This document shows positions 26,092-39,153 of a DNA stretch of 64,000 nucleotides, one piece after another. The stretch covers positions 26,211,344-26,275,343 of the forward strand of contig NC_057719.1 in the NCBI RefSeq assembly GCF_004010195.1, written 5' to 3'. The notes under the pieces are model-generated. The model did not search any database. It saw only the letters and a program-made list of their open reading frames with translations, and had not been told where the DNA came from. Origin of the DNA: Chiloscyllium plagiosum. Lineage: Eukaryota. The position numbers were made by a program, and so were the translations under genes. The first letter of the stretch is position 1. Every line of letters begins with the position of its first letter.

Positions 26092-27640
26092 AGGGAAGAA
26101 GGGGTGCTGGAAAAGCACAGCAGGTCAGGCAGCATCCGAGGAGCAGGAAAATTAACATTTCGGGCAAAAGCCCTTCATCATGAATGAGGCAGGGAGACTC
26201 CCTGGTGGAGAGATAAATGGGAGGGGGGTGTGGCTGGGAAGAAGGTAGCTAAGAGTACAATGGAGGTGGGGATGAAGGTGATAGGTCAGAGAGGAGGGTG
26301 GAGTGGATAGGTGGGAAGGAAGATGGGCAGGTATAACAGGTCATGAGGATGGTGCTGAGCTGGCAGGTTGAAACTTGGATAAGGTGGGGGGAGGGGAAAT
26401 GAGGAAGCTAGTGAAGTCCACATTGATGCCCTGGGGTTGAAGTGTTCCAAGGCAGAAGATGAGGTATTCTTACTCCAGGCGTCAGGTGGTGAGGGAATGG
26501 CAGTGGAGGAGGCCCAGGACCTGCATGTCCTCGGCAGAGTGGGAGGGGGAATTGAAATGCATTCCACCCCAACCTTAAATTCACCTGGACCATCTCTGAC
26601 ACCTCCCTCCCCTTCCTGGGCATCTCCACCTCCATCGATGATGACTAACTTAACATTAACATTTTTTACAAACCCACCAACTCCCACAGCTACCTGGATT
26701 ACACCTCTTCCCACCCTACCTCCTGTAAAAATGTTATCCTATATTCCCAATTCCTCTGCCTCCTCCGTATCTGCTCCCAGGAGGACTAGTTCCACCACAG
26801 AACACACCAGATGGCCTCCTTCTTTAAAGACCATAATTTCCCTTCCCACGTGGTTAAAGATGCCCTCCAATGCATCTCATCCACGTCCCGCACCTCTGCC
26901 CTCAAACCCCACCCCTCCAACTGCAACAAGGACAGAACCCCCAGTCCTCACTTTCCACCCTACCAACCTTCGCATAAACCACATCATCTGCCGACATTTT
27001 CGCCACCTACAAACGGACTCCACCACCAGGGATATATTTCCCTCCCCACCCCTATCCGCTTTCCACAAAGACCATTCCCTCCGTGACTACCTGGTCAGTT
27101 CCATGCCCCCCAACAACCCACCCTCCCCGCCTGGCAGCTCCCCCTGCCACCGCAGGAATTGCAAAATCTGCGCCCACACCTCCTCCCTCACCTCCANNNN
27201 NNNNNNNNNNNNNNNNNNNNNNNNNNNNNNNNNNNNNNNNNNNNNNNNNNNNNNNNNNNNNNNNNNNNNNNNNNNNNNNNNNNNNNNNNNNNNNNNNNNN
27301 NNNNNNNNNNNNNNNNNNNNNNNNNNNNNNNNNNNNNNNNNNNNNNNNNNNNNNNNNNNNNNNNNNNNNNNNNNNNNNNNNNNNNNNNNNNNNNNNNNNN
27401 NNNNNNNNNNNNNNNNNNNNNNNNNNNNNNNNNNNNNNNNNNNNNNNNNNNNNNNNNNNNNNNNNNNNNNNNNNNNNNNNNNNNNTCCCATTTATCTCTC
27501 CACCCCAGAGGCTCCCTGCCTCATTCCTTTTGCCTGAAACATTGATTTTCCTGCTCCTTCGATGCTGCTTGACCTGCTGTGCTTTTCCAGTACCACTCTA
27601 ATCTAGACTCTGATCTCCAGCATCTGCAGTCCTCACTTTT
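26092..27640 (+). mobile_element. Penelope-like element with inverted 5' segment
   Basis: 26092-26555 is an inverted copy of the 3' part and terminal repeat; plus strand has VLTFHPTNLRINHIICRHFRHLQTD and CHRRNCKICAHT; terminal repeat ends ctgcagtcctcacttt; gap 27197-27485. Confidence 0.88.
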
Positions 27641-27909
27641 GTTGAGAAGATCAGAAACCTGAGCACAAGCTCCCCAGAATTAACACTTTCTGTTAATCCC
27701 CCTCCACTTGAAGTTTCTTGGAAATTTGTCCCATGTCCTTTGTGCCTAAGAAACCGCTGTGAAGATGTTTTGTTTAGTTCAATGCTGACAACCATCTGAC
27801 AACTCACTTAAGTGACCCTAATTCAGCCAGGCCAGTGAGAGTTGACATGGGTGCATCACAGCCAAGGTGTTCATTGAACTTCTATTCAATAATTTCCACT
27901 AGATATTGA

Positions 27910-28325
27910 CCATAAGATCATAAAACCATAGATATAGGAGCAGAATTAGGCCATTCAGCACATTGATTGTGCTCTGCCATTGATCATGGTTGACTGGTTC
28001 TCAACCTCATTCTCCTGCTTTCTCCTTGTAAATCCTTGACCCTCTTATTAGTCAAGAAGTTATTTTTCTCTATTTTAAAGACTCTCAATGACTTGGCCTC
28101 CACATCACTCTGCACCAATGAGTGCACAGATTAACCACCCTCTGACTAAAGAAATCCCTCCTCACCTCATATCTAAATGATTGTCCCTTCACTCTGAGGT
28201 TGTACCTTCAGGTCCTAGTCTGTCCTCCTAGTAGAAACACTTTCTCCATGTCCACTATGTCCAGGCCTCTCAGTATTCTGAAAGTTTCAATGAAATTCCC
28301 GCCTCGTCCTTCTAAACTCTAGTGA
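27910..28325 (-). mobile_element. CR1-clade LINE 3' fragment
   Basis: Tail (ccataaga-like repeats on plus) and C-terminal coding similarity on the minus strand. Confidence 0.7.
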
Positions 28326-29740
28326 CAACAGATACAATCGATTAATCACAGGTATGTGCTCTGATTGTACAATTTCTTGTCCTGCTTGAGATGATTGAGC
28401 ATTCTACTGCAGCCCTTTTAAAGAGTTTGTGCCATCTGTTTTTATCTTTACTGGTTACTCAAATAACAAGTTGTAGATGGCCCAAATGAAAATGTGATTG
28501 TGTGAATTACTGTAGCTCTCCACCAGGATCAAGCTGACAGCTGGGGAGTTTCAATCATCTGTGTAGCATGATGGGGGAGTTTAATCAGACAAGACTGTTC
28601 TCAAAAATCACTATACGTTAGCAGCAAGCATGAAGAATCAAAATTTTATTAGCACAGTATGCATTAATGGTCTGAATTTTCTGATATTCAGACAGTCGTT
28701 ATACCATTAGAGACGGCAGCTGCCCATTAGGACACTGTACTCCTCTTCCCCCCACTCCTGACTCAATTTTCCCTTTACTCCAGATCCCTCTTTCCCCACA
28801 GTTGGATTTCCCCCCCCACACACACACCATCCCTCTACTCACTCCGGACCATGTCCCACTTCAACCTCTGGGTGCTAACATCCCTTCATCTGCAATGAAC
28901 CCAATTTCTTAAGACTCCTACCAGCAACTCACAGAGACCCAAGAGCACATGTTGTATTTCAGCTTTGAAGACCAGAAGCCTAAAAGGTACAAACAGCAAA
29001 ATGTCCCATGTCACATATTAAGTTGCAGCTGGAAGCTGTGATTGGAAAGCAGGGAACTGCTGGAAAATGCGATCAAAACCAGAAATAAGAAATTGTTAAC
29101 AAGAGAAGGAAAACTGTATTATTGACAAGTATTACAGAAATTATAGGGTCAACTAATAATGGGACCCTTACATATTCAAACAAAAGACTGACAAGTCCTT
29201 CAAAAAGCACTAATTAAACTGGGGAAAAAAAATCAACAAATTGCTAGAGGAACTCAGCAGGTCTGGCAGAATCTGTGGAGATAAAACAGAGTTAACGTTT
29301 TGAGTCCAGTGACTTCCGTCAGAATGGACCTTGCATTTCATCAGATTATTTCTGATGTGGAAAGTCTGAAGTGACAGTCTTTGATTGACACCATTTTCCA
29401 TAACTCAGCCATGGGGTAGTCTGGAAACTGTGCTTGCCCTGAATTCAGAAATTGCAGTCTAGCCATAGGTTGGTGGTTAAACTAAAACAATGTTAAATTA
29501 TATAACACAGATATACATTAATATAAGGACCAAGTTCATGACAGTAGCTTAATGTAATATATATAGCCAGCTCAACATGATGACAGCAGCAACTAAGGAT
29601 TCTTGACCTCACTTTCCTCACTCTTTCAATTAGTGTAGCATAGAGTGCAACTATCTTTCATTCTACAAAAATAAATGTTATATATAGACTTTCTTATTCT
29701 CCAGTCCAAATGTTCAGTTGCCCCTTTATCCTCACTACAG

Positions 29741-29981
29741 ATGAAGTGAGGACTGCAGATGCTAGAAACCAGAGTTTAGATCAGAGTGGTACTGGAAAAG
29801 CATAGCAGGTCTTTTACTGGAAAAGCTTAGCAGGCAGCACCCGAGGAGCAGGAAAATCGACGTTTCGGGCAAAAGCCCTTCATCAGGAATGGAATAGGGC
29901 TTTTGCCCGAAACGTGTATTTTCCTGCTCCTCGGATGCTGCCTGACCTGCTGTGCTTTTCCAGCACCACTCTGATCTAAAC
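29741..29981. mobile_element. Fold-back PLE-derived element with 12-bp TSD
   Basis: Two inverted terminal-repeat arms; tcctcactacag at 29729-29740 and 29982-29993. Confidence 0.88.
29855..29890 (-). ncRNA. Minimal type I hammerhead ribozyme motif (intact core)
   Basis: Minus strand: ATTC CTGATGA A GGGC TTTT GCCC GAAA CGTC GATT, i.e. CUGANGA, stem II, GAAA, palindromic ACGU helix III and a GUC cleavage triplet. Confidence 0.75.
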
Positions 29982-31541
29982 TCCTCACTACAGGAACCTA
30001 ATCCTTCCCCTCTCCCAGGTGCTGCCCAATTTCATTCAATGAAAAAGAGGGATAAAGATTTTGGATAATTCTTGATAAATTCTACTCTAAATGTTACTGA
30101 GCAAGATCCGAGGGACTGGAGCAAGTGGATGTTGTAACACCCTAATTACTTTCTCTATGTAGATGTGAAAAACCTTTTACTCATCCAGCCAAATATTACA
30201 TGGGGACACTTTTTTCTCATTTCCCAGATGCACTGTTTGCTCTATCTACCCCTTCACTGGGTTTTTTTCTTTTACTAATAATCCTTAGTTCTCCTTGAGG
30301 ACAACTCTGAGGATGGTTAGCAGTCAACCACACAGCTCTGCAGGTCTGGAGTCATAAGTAGGCCAGACTGGATAGAGAGCATCAAGAAGGCAGCTCACCA
30401 ACACTTTCTCAATTCGGAATGGAAAATAAATGCAGGCAGCTAGGCTTTTCTGTTAAGTTGGTGTTTTCATCGCCACCCTTACTACTACTTGCATTTATAT
30501 TCAAGATTTACTTAATTAACTAAACTTAATTCCCCCAGCAGCCATTATGGGATTTGAATTTAAATCTCTAGCTAATCAGACTAGGTTATTGGATTACTAG
30601 CCCAGTAACATAACCACAATGTTACCGTATCCTTACCTCATGTAGGCATAATTCTTTCCCTCCATGCCATTGGTCTTTCCTATCTCCTGAATCTTCTTCC
30701 CCTGTCCAATTCACAGAAAGGCTTTCCTTCCTATTGCCTCCAATTCATCAAGGCATTCGCCTTTGCTGATTTGAGTGTCAGTGCTCATCCTAGTACTGCT
30801 GTAATATTTGAGATGGTTAGTGGAAATTATGGTCAGAATTGGTAGCCTGTATTGTAAGGTAAGGAATTTGTATACACGACACATAACAAATCATGGCGAC
30901 ATCAAATAGCAGGAGACAATTTTCAAAGGAACATGGAGATATACATTCTGTAAACAAAGCAAAGAAATTGCAGAATAATTATCCAGTGACTCCGTTTCTA
31001 TGTATTTTCTTCTGCCATTTCCTAGCAGGCTACACTCTAAGAGAAACCACAAGTGAGACCCCTGATTTTCTATTTTCTTTAGTTACAATTAATAGATATG
31101 AATTCACATATTGTGTGTCTTGCAAATGTCCTGTAACTACAGCTTCCAAATGGGAGTAACACATCATGGTATCAGCCCTAGCTTCCTACTTATTTTATTT
31201 TTCATTTTAGAATACATGGGGAGGACCTCATAAAGACAGACACTAACTAGTTGGACCATGTGTTTTATAATATCATTACACGGTGAGCATGCACACATCA
31301 TGACACAGTTCTCCCATGTAAAAAGTAATTTTTACAATAAACAGCTCACAGTTGATTAAATAACTTCTAAAACAAATCTTTGCAAACATGTAGATTTGGC
31401 AAAATAATGACTATTACATAAACATTAGAAATCAAGTCCAGAAACTAGTTTACAAAATCATTCTGAAATTAACCTAGGCTGTGTTGTAGAGTCAGGTACA
31501 AAAGACCTTTCTGCTTTGTTTCAGAGATGTGCTCTATTTAC

Positions 31542-32159
31542 TGTTATGGACCAGACCAGACCCCCTCCCCAAATATTTTAAGAAGGTAGCCTAGACCCTA
31601 ACTTTTTCTTGTTTTAAAGGTAGATATTAAGTGTATGTTCCAGATGGATGATCAAACTACTTGATGTTAAGCAAAACACAATTTATTTAAACACGATAGC
31701 TAAAATGCAAACAAAAGAAAGAGGAATTTAGAATAACTTAACTGTTGGAAAACTTAAACGAATAACAGATCAAGTACCGATCATTAATTAACTGTTCCAA
31801 TAAAGTGACGTTCCATACACATACCCCTTGGCAAAAAGAAAAATTCAGACATAGATTCTTACATGCAGTTCTCCAATCCAGGAGGAAGCAGTATCAAGGG
31901 AAATTTCAGAGACAGTAGCAGCTAGGAATCATTCATTGAAGCTTTCAATTCTCCTGAGACCCCAAACAGCTCCTGATTGCTGAAAAAAAAACAAAACCTA
32001 GAAATCCTGATCTGAGAGAGTTGGCCACACCCATTCAAGGTCTCCTAAACTGTTTACTTAAGCTATCTTCAGGAACCAGTTCTTTGCCTCTGCTCTTACA
32101 ATCTCTCTTAAAACAAAACCCAGGGCAAAATAACCTTTTCAAGTGACAGTATTGTCACG
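31542..32159 (-). mobile_element. Solo LTR
   Basis: TGTTATGG...TGTCACG termini, ttac/ttgc flanks, AATAAA on minus near 31685; related to 56916-57384. Confidence 0.75.
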
Positions 32160-32719
32160 TTGCTTTCTTTCTGAGCCTGTTTGTTGTTCATAATCTCAGC
32201 AAATTTATTAGTAGCCTGTGTATTTGTTGCACATTCCTGGTTAATTATCTTTGCACGATTAGTTTTCATGTTGTTTAAGTGTTTCGTTCCCTATCTGGGA
32301 ATGATTCCATTCATTGTCAGTTATGTGTGATTTAAGTGCTGGACTTTTCTTGAATATCATCCGTGACATGCCTGATCATGGCCACATCTCCATGGCTTGA
32401 AGAATCACATGTTAACTTCGAGTTATGACTTCAAGTTCAGTGTAATTTGAGTGTCTATGATCTTTTGCACTAATTTAAGAAGCTTTGCACTGGAAGCTTA
32501 CAAACTTCCATGGCCTAAACCTTTCCATGCAATTTTCTTTTAATTGGACCTGTTTAGAGATTATTGAAAATGTTATTTTCTTGGTCCAAGGCACTCCTAA
32601 TCATATTTTAAAAGCTTTTGAACTTTTTTCCAATTTACTAAAATTCTGACAACTATAAAAATAAATTAAATTAATAGATGATTCCGTATGGCTTTCTGAG
32701 TCATTCTTAGATATTTAAA

Positions 32720-32959
32720 GTTAAATGTCACACAACACCAGGTTATAGACCAACAGATTTGTTTGGAAGTACAAACTTCCAAGGCATTGCTCCTTCATCA
32801 GGTCGCTAATTCTGTGTCCTATGATCCTACTCCACTAACTACCTGACAAAGGAGCAATGCTCCAAAAGCTAGTGCTTCCAAATAAACCTGTTGGACTATA
32901 ACCTAGTATTGTGTGATTTTTAACTTTGTCCACCCCAAACCAACACCGGCATTTCCACA
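32720..32959. mobile_element. Fold-back PLE-derived element, second hammerhead family
   Basis: Arms cacaacaccaggttatag.ccaacag / ctgttggactataacctagtattgtg; decayed ctgatgaaggagcaatgctccgaaagct-type cores on both strands; 14/15 direct repeat tcttag(a/t)tatttaaa. Confidence 0.8.
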
Positions 32960-34494
32960 TCTTAGTTATTTAAAAACACATGTTGCTCATAAGTGGTAAA
33001 GTAGATACTGATTAAAATACTAATTTGAACAATAATTTTCAGCTGTTTTACTTTGAATGGAACTGTTACCATGTTTAAATATACTGTTGAATATTTTTAA
33101 AACATAGTTTGAAAAATTATATTCTAAAGTATGTCCAATTATGTTTGACAATATGCAAGTAGCTTTCTGATTGGAAACACACTTTAAAAACACTTTAAAA
33201 ACTGAAGCAAGTTTGGGGGCATTTATGCCTAAATTTCCAAGTCTGCTGAAGTGGCTAAAGTTTTAGAATGCTTAAGGAAAAATCTTTCTTTTGTCTTAGC
33301 TTGAGGTACTGAAGGCATAATGAACATACAAGCCTGCATGGTGAAACTATTTGAACGTTTTGCGTGCTTTTGCAATTCTAACTGTGTATAAATTAATAAG
33401 TAAACAAACTTGTATTTATAAAGCACCTTTTACAATTTCAGTGCTTTATCTTTTACTTCAAGCCAATACTGCAACCTGCACACTGCTCTTTATCCCTAAG
33501 TAAGGCTGCTTCACTCCTATATCTGCATCTGTACATTGCAGGTTATCAAATACAGCTCTCTAGTGTACTGTATAAGACCTCTCTCTTCCAACGCTCTTTC
33601 TGGTCTGTTGCTGTCCATCCTAGTATGTTATCAGTTGCATTATCACCCAGATTGACAGGGTTCCAGAAGCCTCAGAGGACTGGGGATGTGTAGTTGTGGG
33701 GGTCAGTGACATGTTGAATGAGCTGGTAATTTTAATGATTCCCTAGGACTGTAAGTAGGTTTGTATCCTCTAACTTATCCTGGGTAAATATTAAGCTTAA
33801 GGGATTGGAATCCTAAAAGTTCATTGGCTTTAATGGAATTTTTAGTGAGATCACCTATTGGAAAATATAATTTCCAAAGCAATCCCAATGGAAAGCTGCA
33901 TTGGGGATTTCACACGATCTTAATGCATAACTCTAGTCTATGTTGTGCCAACATCTCTTTCTGGCCATTGGCATATCTGGATAAAAAATGTGGGTTCTTT
34001 AGTTGCAGGTAAGACTGTGTACTGACAATGTTCATGAGTAAATCAAGAACAGTAGATCTGACTTCTATCATTGCTGCTTGCACTCAAACCAGAGTGCATG
34101 TTTTAGGACTAATGCATCACCACATATCAAGGTGGGTCATGACCAACAGTAGTTTAAGGCACGTTTCTTAAAAGTGTATACGCATTACATTACAACAGGT
34201 CCTACAAACAGTAATATGATCAAGATCTATTAAGTTGTTATCTGGCAGGGTAAATTGAAGGTTAAAAATTGACCAGGATCTTGGAAGAACTCTCTACTCT
34301 TCTTCAAACAGTGACATGGAATCTGTTGTATAGGTGGCAAAGCGCCATGCTACCAGTCCATATAGATTAGCGTATGCTACAAACATGTATTTATTGTGAG
34401 ATATAAATATATCCAGAAGCACTGAGAGCTCAATTGTTTGATCCAAAAGATGTCACATCTGCTCAAGGGATATCGTGACTAGATGGGCTGAATG

Positions 34495-34627
34495 AAGGCC
34501 TTTCCTGAAGAAGGGCTTATGCCTGAAATGTCAATTCTCTTGCTCCTCAGATGCTGCCTGACCTGCTGTGCTTTTCTGGCACTACACTCTCAACTCCGAT
34601 CTCCAGTATCTGCAGTCCTCACTTTCT
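34495..34627 (+). mobile_element. Single PLE terminal-repeat insertion with hammerhead core and 17-bp TSD
   Basis: ctgaagaagggcttatgcctgaaatgtc; actagatgggctgaatg at 34478-34494 and 34628-34644. Confidence 0.85.
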
Positions 34628-35372
34628 ACTAGATGGGCTGAATGGCCTCTTTCTATTATGTCAATGACTGTGACTCTTCCTTTGTACTGCTAACTATTGA
34701 AGGACAATATTTTTATGATTGCATTTACACAATTAGGAAATGTGACTTTTTTGAAAAAAACTAATGATAAAATGTCACTGTCCCGCACTGCTTATTTAGA
34801 TATGATGTATTAGAACTGCTGTGGGGGAAATATTTCTGAGGACCACACTCTTCCATAGAAGTAATCTCATTATGTCATGTCAAAGCATTAATTGGATCTG
34901 TCAAGCATAGATATGGGTTGAAACATTTAGTAATCGAGTAGCTGCTTGCTCCAGATGCTGCATTTGGTCCTAGTTCATTATCATAATTGGCAGTTCTATA
35001 TTCAGAGACCTCTCAAGCTGGGATGAATATGACAATTTTCCACCATTTATTTAGTTCATGTTTTCTAAATAGTGAACTTTGCATCATTAAGCACTCAATG
35101 CAATTAAAGCACTTGTAATCCTGACACAAATGTGTATATAAAATGCAATTTGAGGAGCAAATTCTTTTTATTTTACTGGTTTAATGTGCTTCTGGATATA
35201 TTTATATCTCACAATAAATACATGTTTGCAGCATACGCTTTGCCACCTATACAACAGAAGTATACAGTGAATGTTTTATGCTTTTTCAAACAGAAATATC
35301 AATGATATAAGTGTAACCTCATTGCTATACATCCTAAAGAGGAGCAGACATGACTTTATAAATAAGAATGAA

Positions 35373-35598
35373 AAGGACTGCAGATGCTGGAAATCAAAAA
35401 CAAAAATAGAAGTTGCTGGAAAAGTTCAGCAGGTTTGGCAGCATCTGTGGTAAGAAAACAGAGTTAATTTTGAGTCCAGTGGCATTTCTTCAGAACTCTG
35501 ATTTCTGAGGAAACATTATTAGGGGACTGAAAACATTAACTCTGATTTCTCTCCACAGATGCTGCCAAACCTGCTGAGCTTTCCAGCAATTTCCATTT
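35373..35598. mobile_element. Fold-back PLE-derived element, third hammerhead family
   Basis: Arms ttgctggaaaagttcagcaggtttggcagcatctgtgg / ccacagatgctgccaaacctgctgagctttccagcaa; decayed core gagtt-ctgaaga...aactc. Confidence 0.75.
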
Positions 35599-37154
35599 AT
35601 GCCTCTATAAGTTGAGAACCGTGACATGTTCCATCACGCTCCCATCCAATTGCTCTGAGATTATCCAATAGGAATGAAAGCAACACATATTTTCAGGTTT
35701 ATTGTAAAATAACAAGTTCATTCAATACTAGTTCACTACAGAATGATAAAATATGCTCAGTTGCAATCCAAATGTAAGGATCTATTAAAAGTAAATAACT
35801 TCATCACTTCTACATTATATTTCATGACAATCAAATAAATCTTCTTGATTTAGAATGCAAGAATGTATTTTAAAGAATTCTATTGTCTTTACTGAGATGT
35901 ACTATGTTTATTGTGATATGGCTTTGAGGTTTCAATTTTAGTAATGACATTTCCCACTAATGCGGTATACTTTATAGGTTTTCCTATTAAATATTAAAAA
36001 AGAGACAAGTTAAATACTGATGTGAAAAAAGACATCCATGTAATCACTCACCTAAATATAACTGTTAATTGATCATGCCCACGCTAAATTTAAAAGGAGA
36101 GTAATACAATAGATGACGGACATTATGATTGATTTGAGGACAGTCAATTGAATTAAAGCACAGGTAAATTCACGTAACTGAGAAATGAGGTCATTTTGCA
36201 ATACAGAGTTAGCATTTCTCAATAGTCAGTTATTATTAGAGAAACAAGCATTTGTGGAGTAGATTCTGTCACTGGGTGTGTCAAGGTCACTTCTGCAACA
36301 AAAATATCTTTAGAAATTAGTTCCTACCCCTCATTGCCCGCACCAATGTTAAACAACACACTGAGTGCATCATTCAAGATGTACAGTTCAATAAATTACA
36401 CCAGGGCATTATTAGCCAAACAAGAAGAATGAATATGAAACTAACTACCAGAAATAATTGTTCCCTGCTTGTTCTTTATCTGTTCTTTACAAGGAAGGAG
36501 CAATAATATGCCTTAATTTAACAGTTCATTCGAATGGGTTGCAAATTCAGGAAGTGTGGTACATCATTTACACTGCAATAATGAATAATATACAGAGCAC
36601 AGAGAGCAAGCTAATTGTTGAAGCAAAAGACATGTTTATAAAGAATAGCCTTTGATTCTAACAGTGGTGGTGTGAATCCAGACCGTATTCCTCCTGTTTC
36701 ACATGGTATACTCTGCATTGTATACTTGCATCAGCTGCTTGACTTACCTTCTGTCTGTCCAATAAACACAGGTGACATAAATATGAAATGTGTCATGAAC
36801 AGGATCCCAGAGCTAAAGTAGATTTTGGGAAGTGATCTCAAAGGACAGCACAAGTATGATTTTAGTTGTGACACTTATGATGAGGAAATTCCCACATCTG
36901 TAAAGAAATAGAAATGCAAATTTCCATATCATGTGCTGTATGATTGGTCAGTTGATATTTACATTGCAGTGATGTCCCTGCAACAAGTATATTTTACTCA
37001 CATACAAACAAATCAGCAGCAGGAATTGGCCATCCAGCCTTTCAAATTTAATGCAAGGTATGACTCCAGCCAGGTAAGAATTTTCCCATTGAATTTCAGT
37101 GACTCCACTTTTACTAGGACTCCTTGATGCCATACTCAGTAGAGTGTGTTCTTC

Positions 37155-38700
37155 ATATCAGAGGGGTGTCACTCTCACCTCACTTCTGCAATTCAGCTTT
37201 TTTTGTCCATGTTTGAACCACGCCTGTAATGAGGTCAGGAGCTGAGTGGCTCTGGCAGAGACCAAACTGGGCATCACGGAGCAGGTTATTGCCCAGCAGG
37301 TGCTGTTCAGGGTAAAATGTTTGATGATACTTTCCATCATTTTACTGATGATTGAGCTAGACTAATGGGACGGTAATTGGCCACTGTTGTCACTGTACTG
37401 GAAAGCTTGGCTCAGAGGGTGGCAAGTTCTGGAGCACAAGTCTTCAGTATTATTGACAGAATAATGTCAGAAACATAGGCTTAGTAGTATCCACTGCTCC
37501 AACCGTTCCTTGATTGAACATGGAGTGAATTGGATTTGCTGAGTACTGGTATCTGTAATGCTGGGAACGACTGGAAGAGATGGAGCTGGGTCATCCACTT
37601 GGCACTTCTGGATGAAGATTGATGAGAATGCTTCAGGTTATTTTTTGCATTGATATGCTGGGCTCTTCCATCATTGAGGGTGGGGATATTTGTGGAGCTT
37701 CCTCCTCCAGTGAGTTGTTTAATTGACTACCAGCATTCTCAACTGCATGTGACAGGACTGCAGAGCTTGGATCTGATTGTTGGTTGTGGAATCATTTAGC
37801 TCCATCTATGATTTGCTGCTTATGCTGTTTGTCATGCAAGTAGACCTGTTTGGTAGCTCCACCAGGTTGACACCTCATTTTCATGTTTGGCATGCCCTCC
37901 TGTACTGTCCATTGAACTAGGGTGATCCCCTGGCTTGATGGTACTAGTTGAGTGGGGGATATGCTGGATGGTGCTGGAGTACAATTTTGGTGCTGTTGAT
38001 GGCCCACAGTTTAAAAGTGATAGTACCACACAGGTTGGTGGAGAGTATTCTCAATGTGAAGGCAGGACTTTGTCTCTACAAGGACTGGGCGATGGTCACT
38101 CTTACCAATGCTGTCATGGGCAATGCATCTGCAGATTGCTAAAGATGACTTCAAGTATGTTTTTCCCTCTTTTTGGTTCCCTCACCACTTGCTGCAAACC
38201 CAGTCTAGCAGCTATGTCTTTTAGGACCTGACCAGCTCGATCTATAGTACTGCTGCCAAGCCACTCTTGCTGGTGGACATTGAAATCACTCACCCAAATT
38301 AACTTGCACTCTGGCCACCCTCAGTGCTTCCTCCAAGTCTTGTTCAATATGGAGGAGTACTGATTCATCAGCCAAGGGAGGACAGAATGTGGTAATCTGC
38401 AGGAGTTTTCCTTGCCTCTGTTTAATCTGAAGCCATGAGACTTCATAGGGTCAATGTTGAGGACTCGCAGGGCAATTCCATCCTGACTGTACACCACTGT
38501 TATGCCACCTCTGATGGGTCTGTCCTGCCAGTGGGTCAAGAATAGTGATGGTGATGGTGCTATCTCAAATGCTGTTCATCAGGCATGACTCTGTGAGTAT
38601 GATGATGTTAGCCACCAGGGTCGACAGGGCTGTTTCTGTTGTCTTTTCTACTGCCTGGGTTAATTCCCACTTGTATGTCTGGTTTCAACTCTTTGTTGAG
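37155..38700 (-). mobile_element. Decayed non-LTR retrotransposon ORF2 (APE endonuclease to RT start); clade uncertain
   Basis: NIIILTES near 38600, QDRPIRGGITVVYS, HSAPDLIT...WTKK.LNCRSEVRVT near 37200. Confidence 0.8.
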
Positions 38701-39153
38701 ACTTCATAGCATGGTTTCATCATTAGACTCTGAATTCTTATTGAATTCGGATTCCACTATCTGCCACGGCAGGATTCGAACCTGGGTTCCCAGGACATTA
38801 CCTTGGTCTCTGGATTAGTGGACTAGCCTGATGGATAATAAATCAATTCCTCATCAATATTTTCTCACATTATGCTACTTTTGCCAGAACTTTGACCACT
38901 CACTTGACTTTTCTATATCCCCCATAACCTCATGATCATTTTATAATTTACTTGTCTTCCTATCTTTGTCGCATCAGCATATTTGATACCCAATACCTTC
39001 TCTCCTTTCATTCATGTCATTTACATAAGCAATGAAAAGTTAACAACTGGTTCCTGTGGCTCGCTACTCAAGACATCCCACAAACCAGAAAATGACCAAC
39101 TTCTATCAACAGCCATCCAAACTTCTATCTGTATTTGCATATTACCATTAGAC

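Noticed and set aside
26437-27601. 366-aa Pro/Ser/Thr-rich mucin-like ORF and neighbours
   Set aside because: Largely off-frame reading of a C-rich Penelope element plus an N gap.
33780-33915. Cluster of short hairpins
   Set aside because: Stems of only 6-10 bp in AT-rich DNA; not distinguishable from chance.
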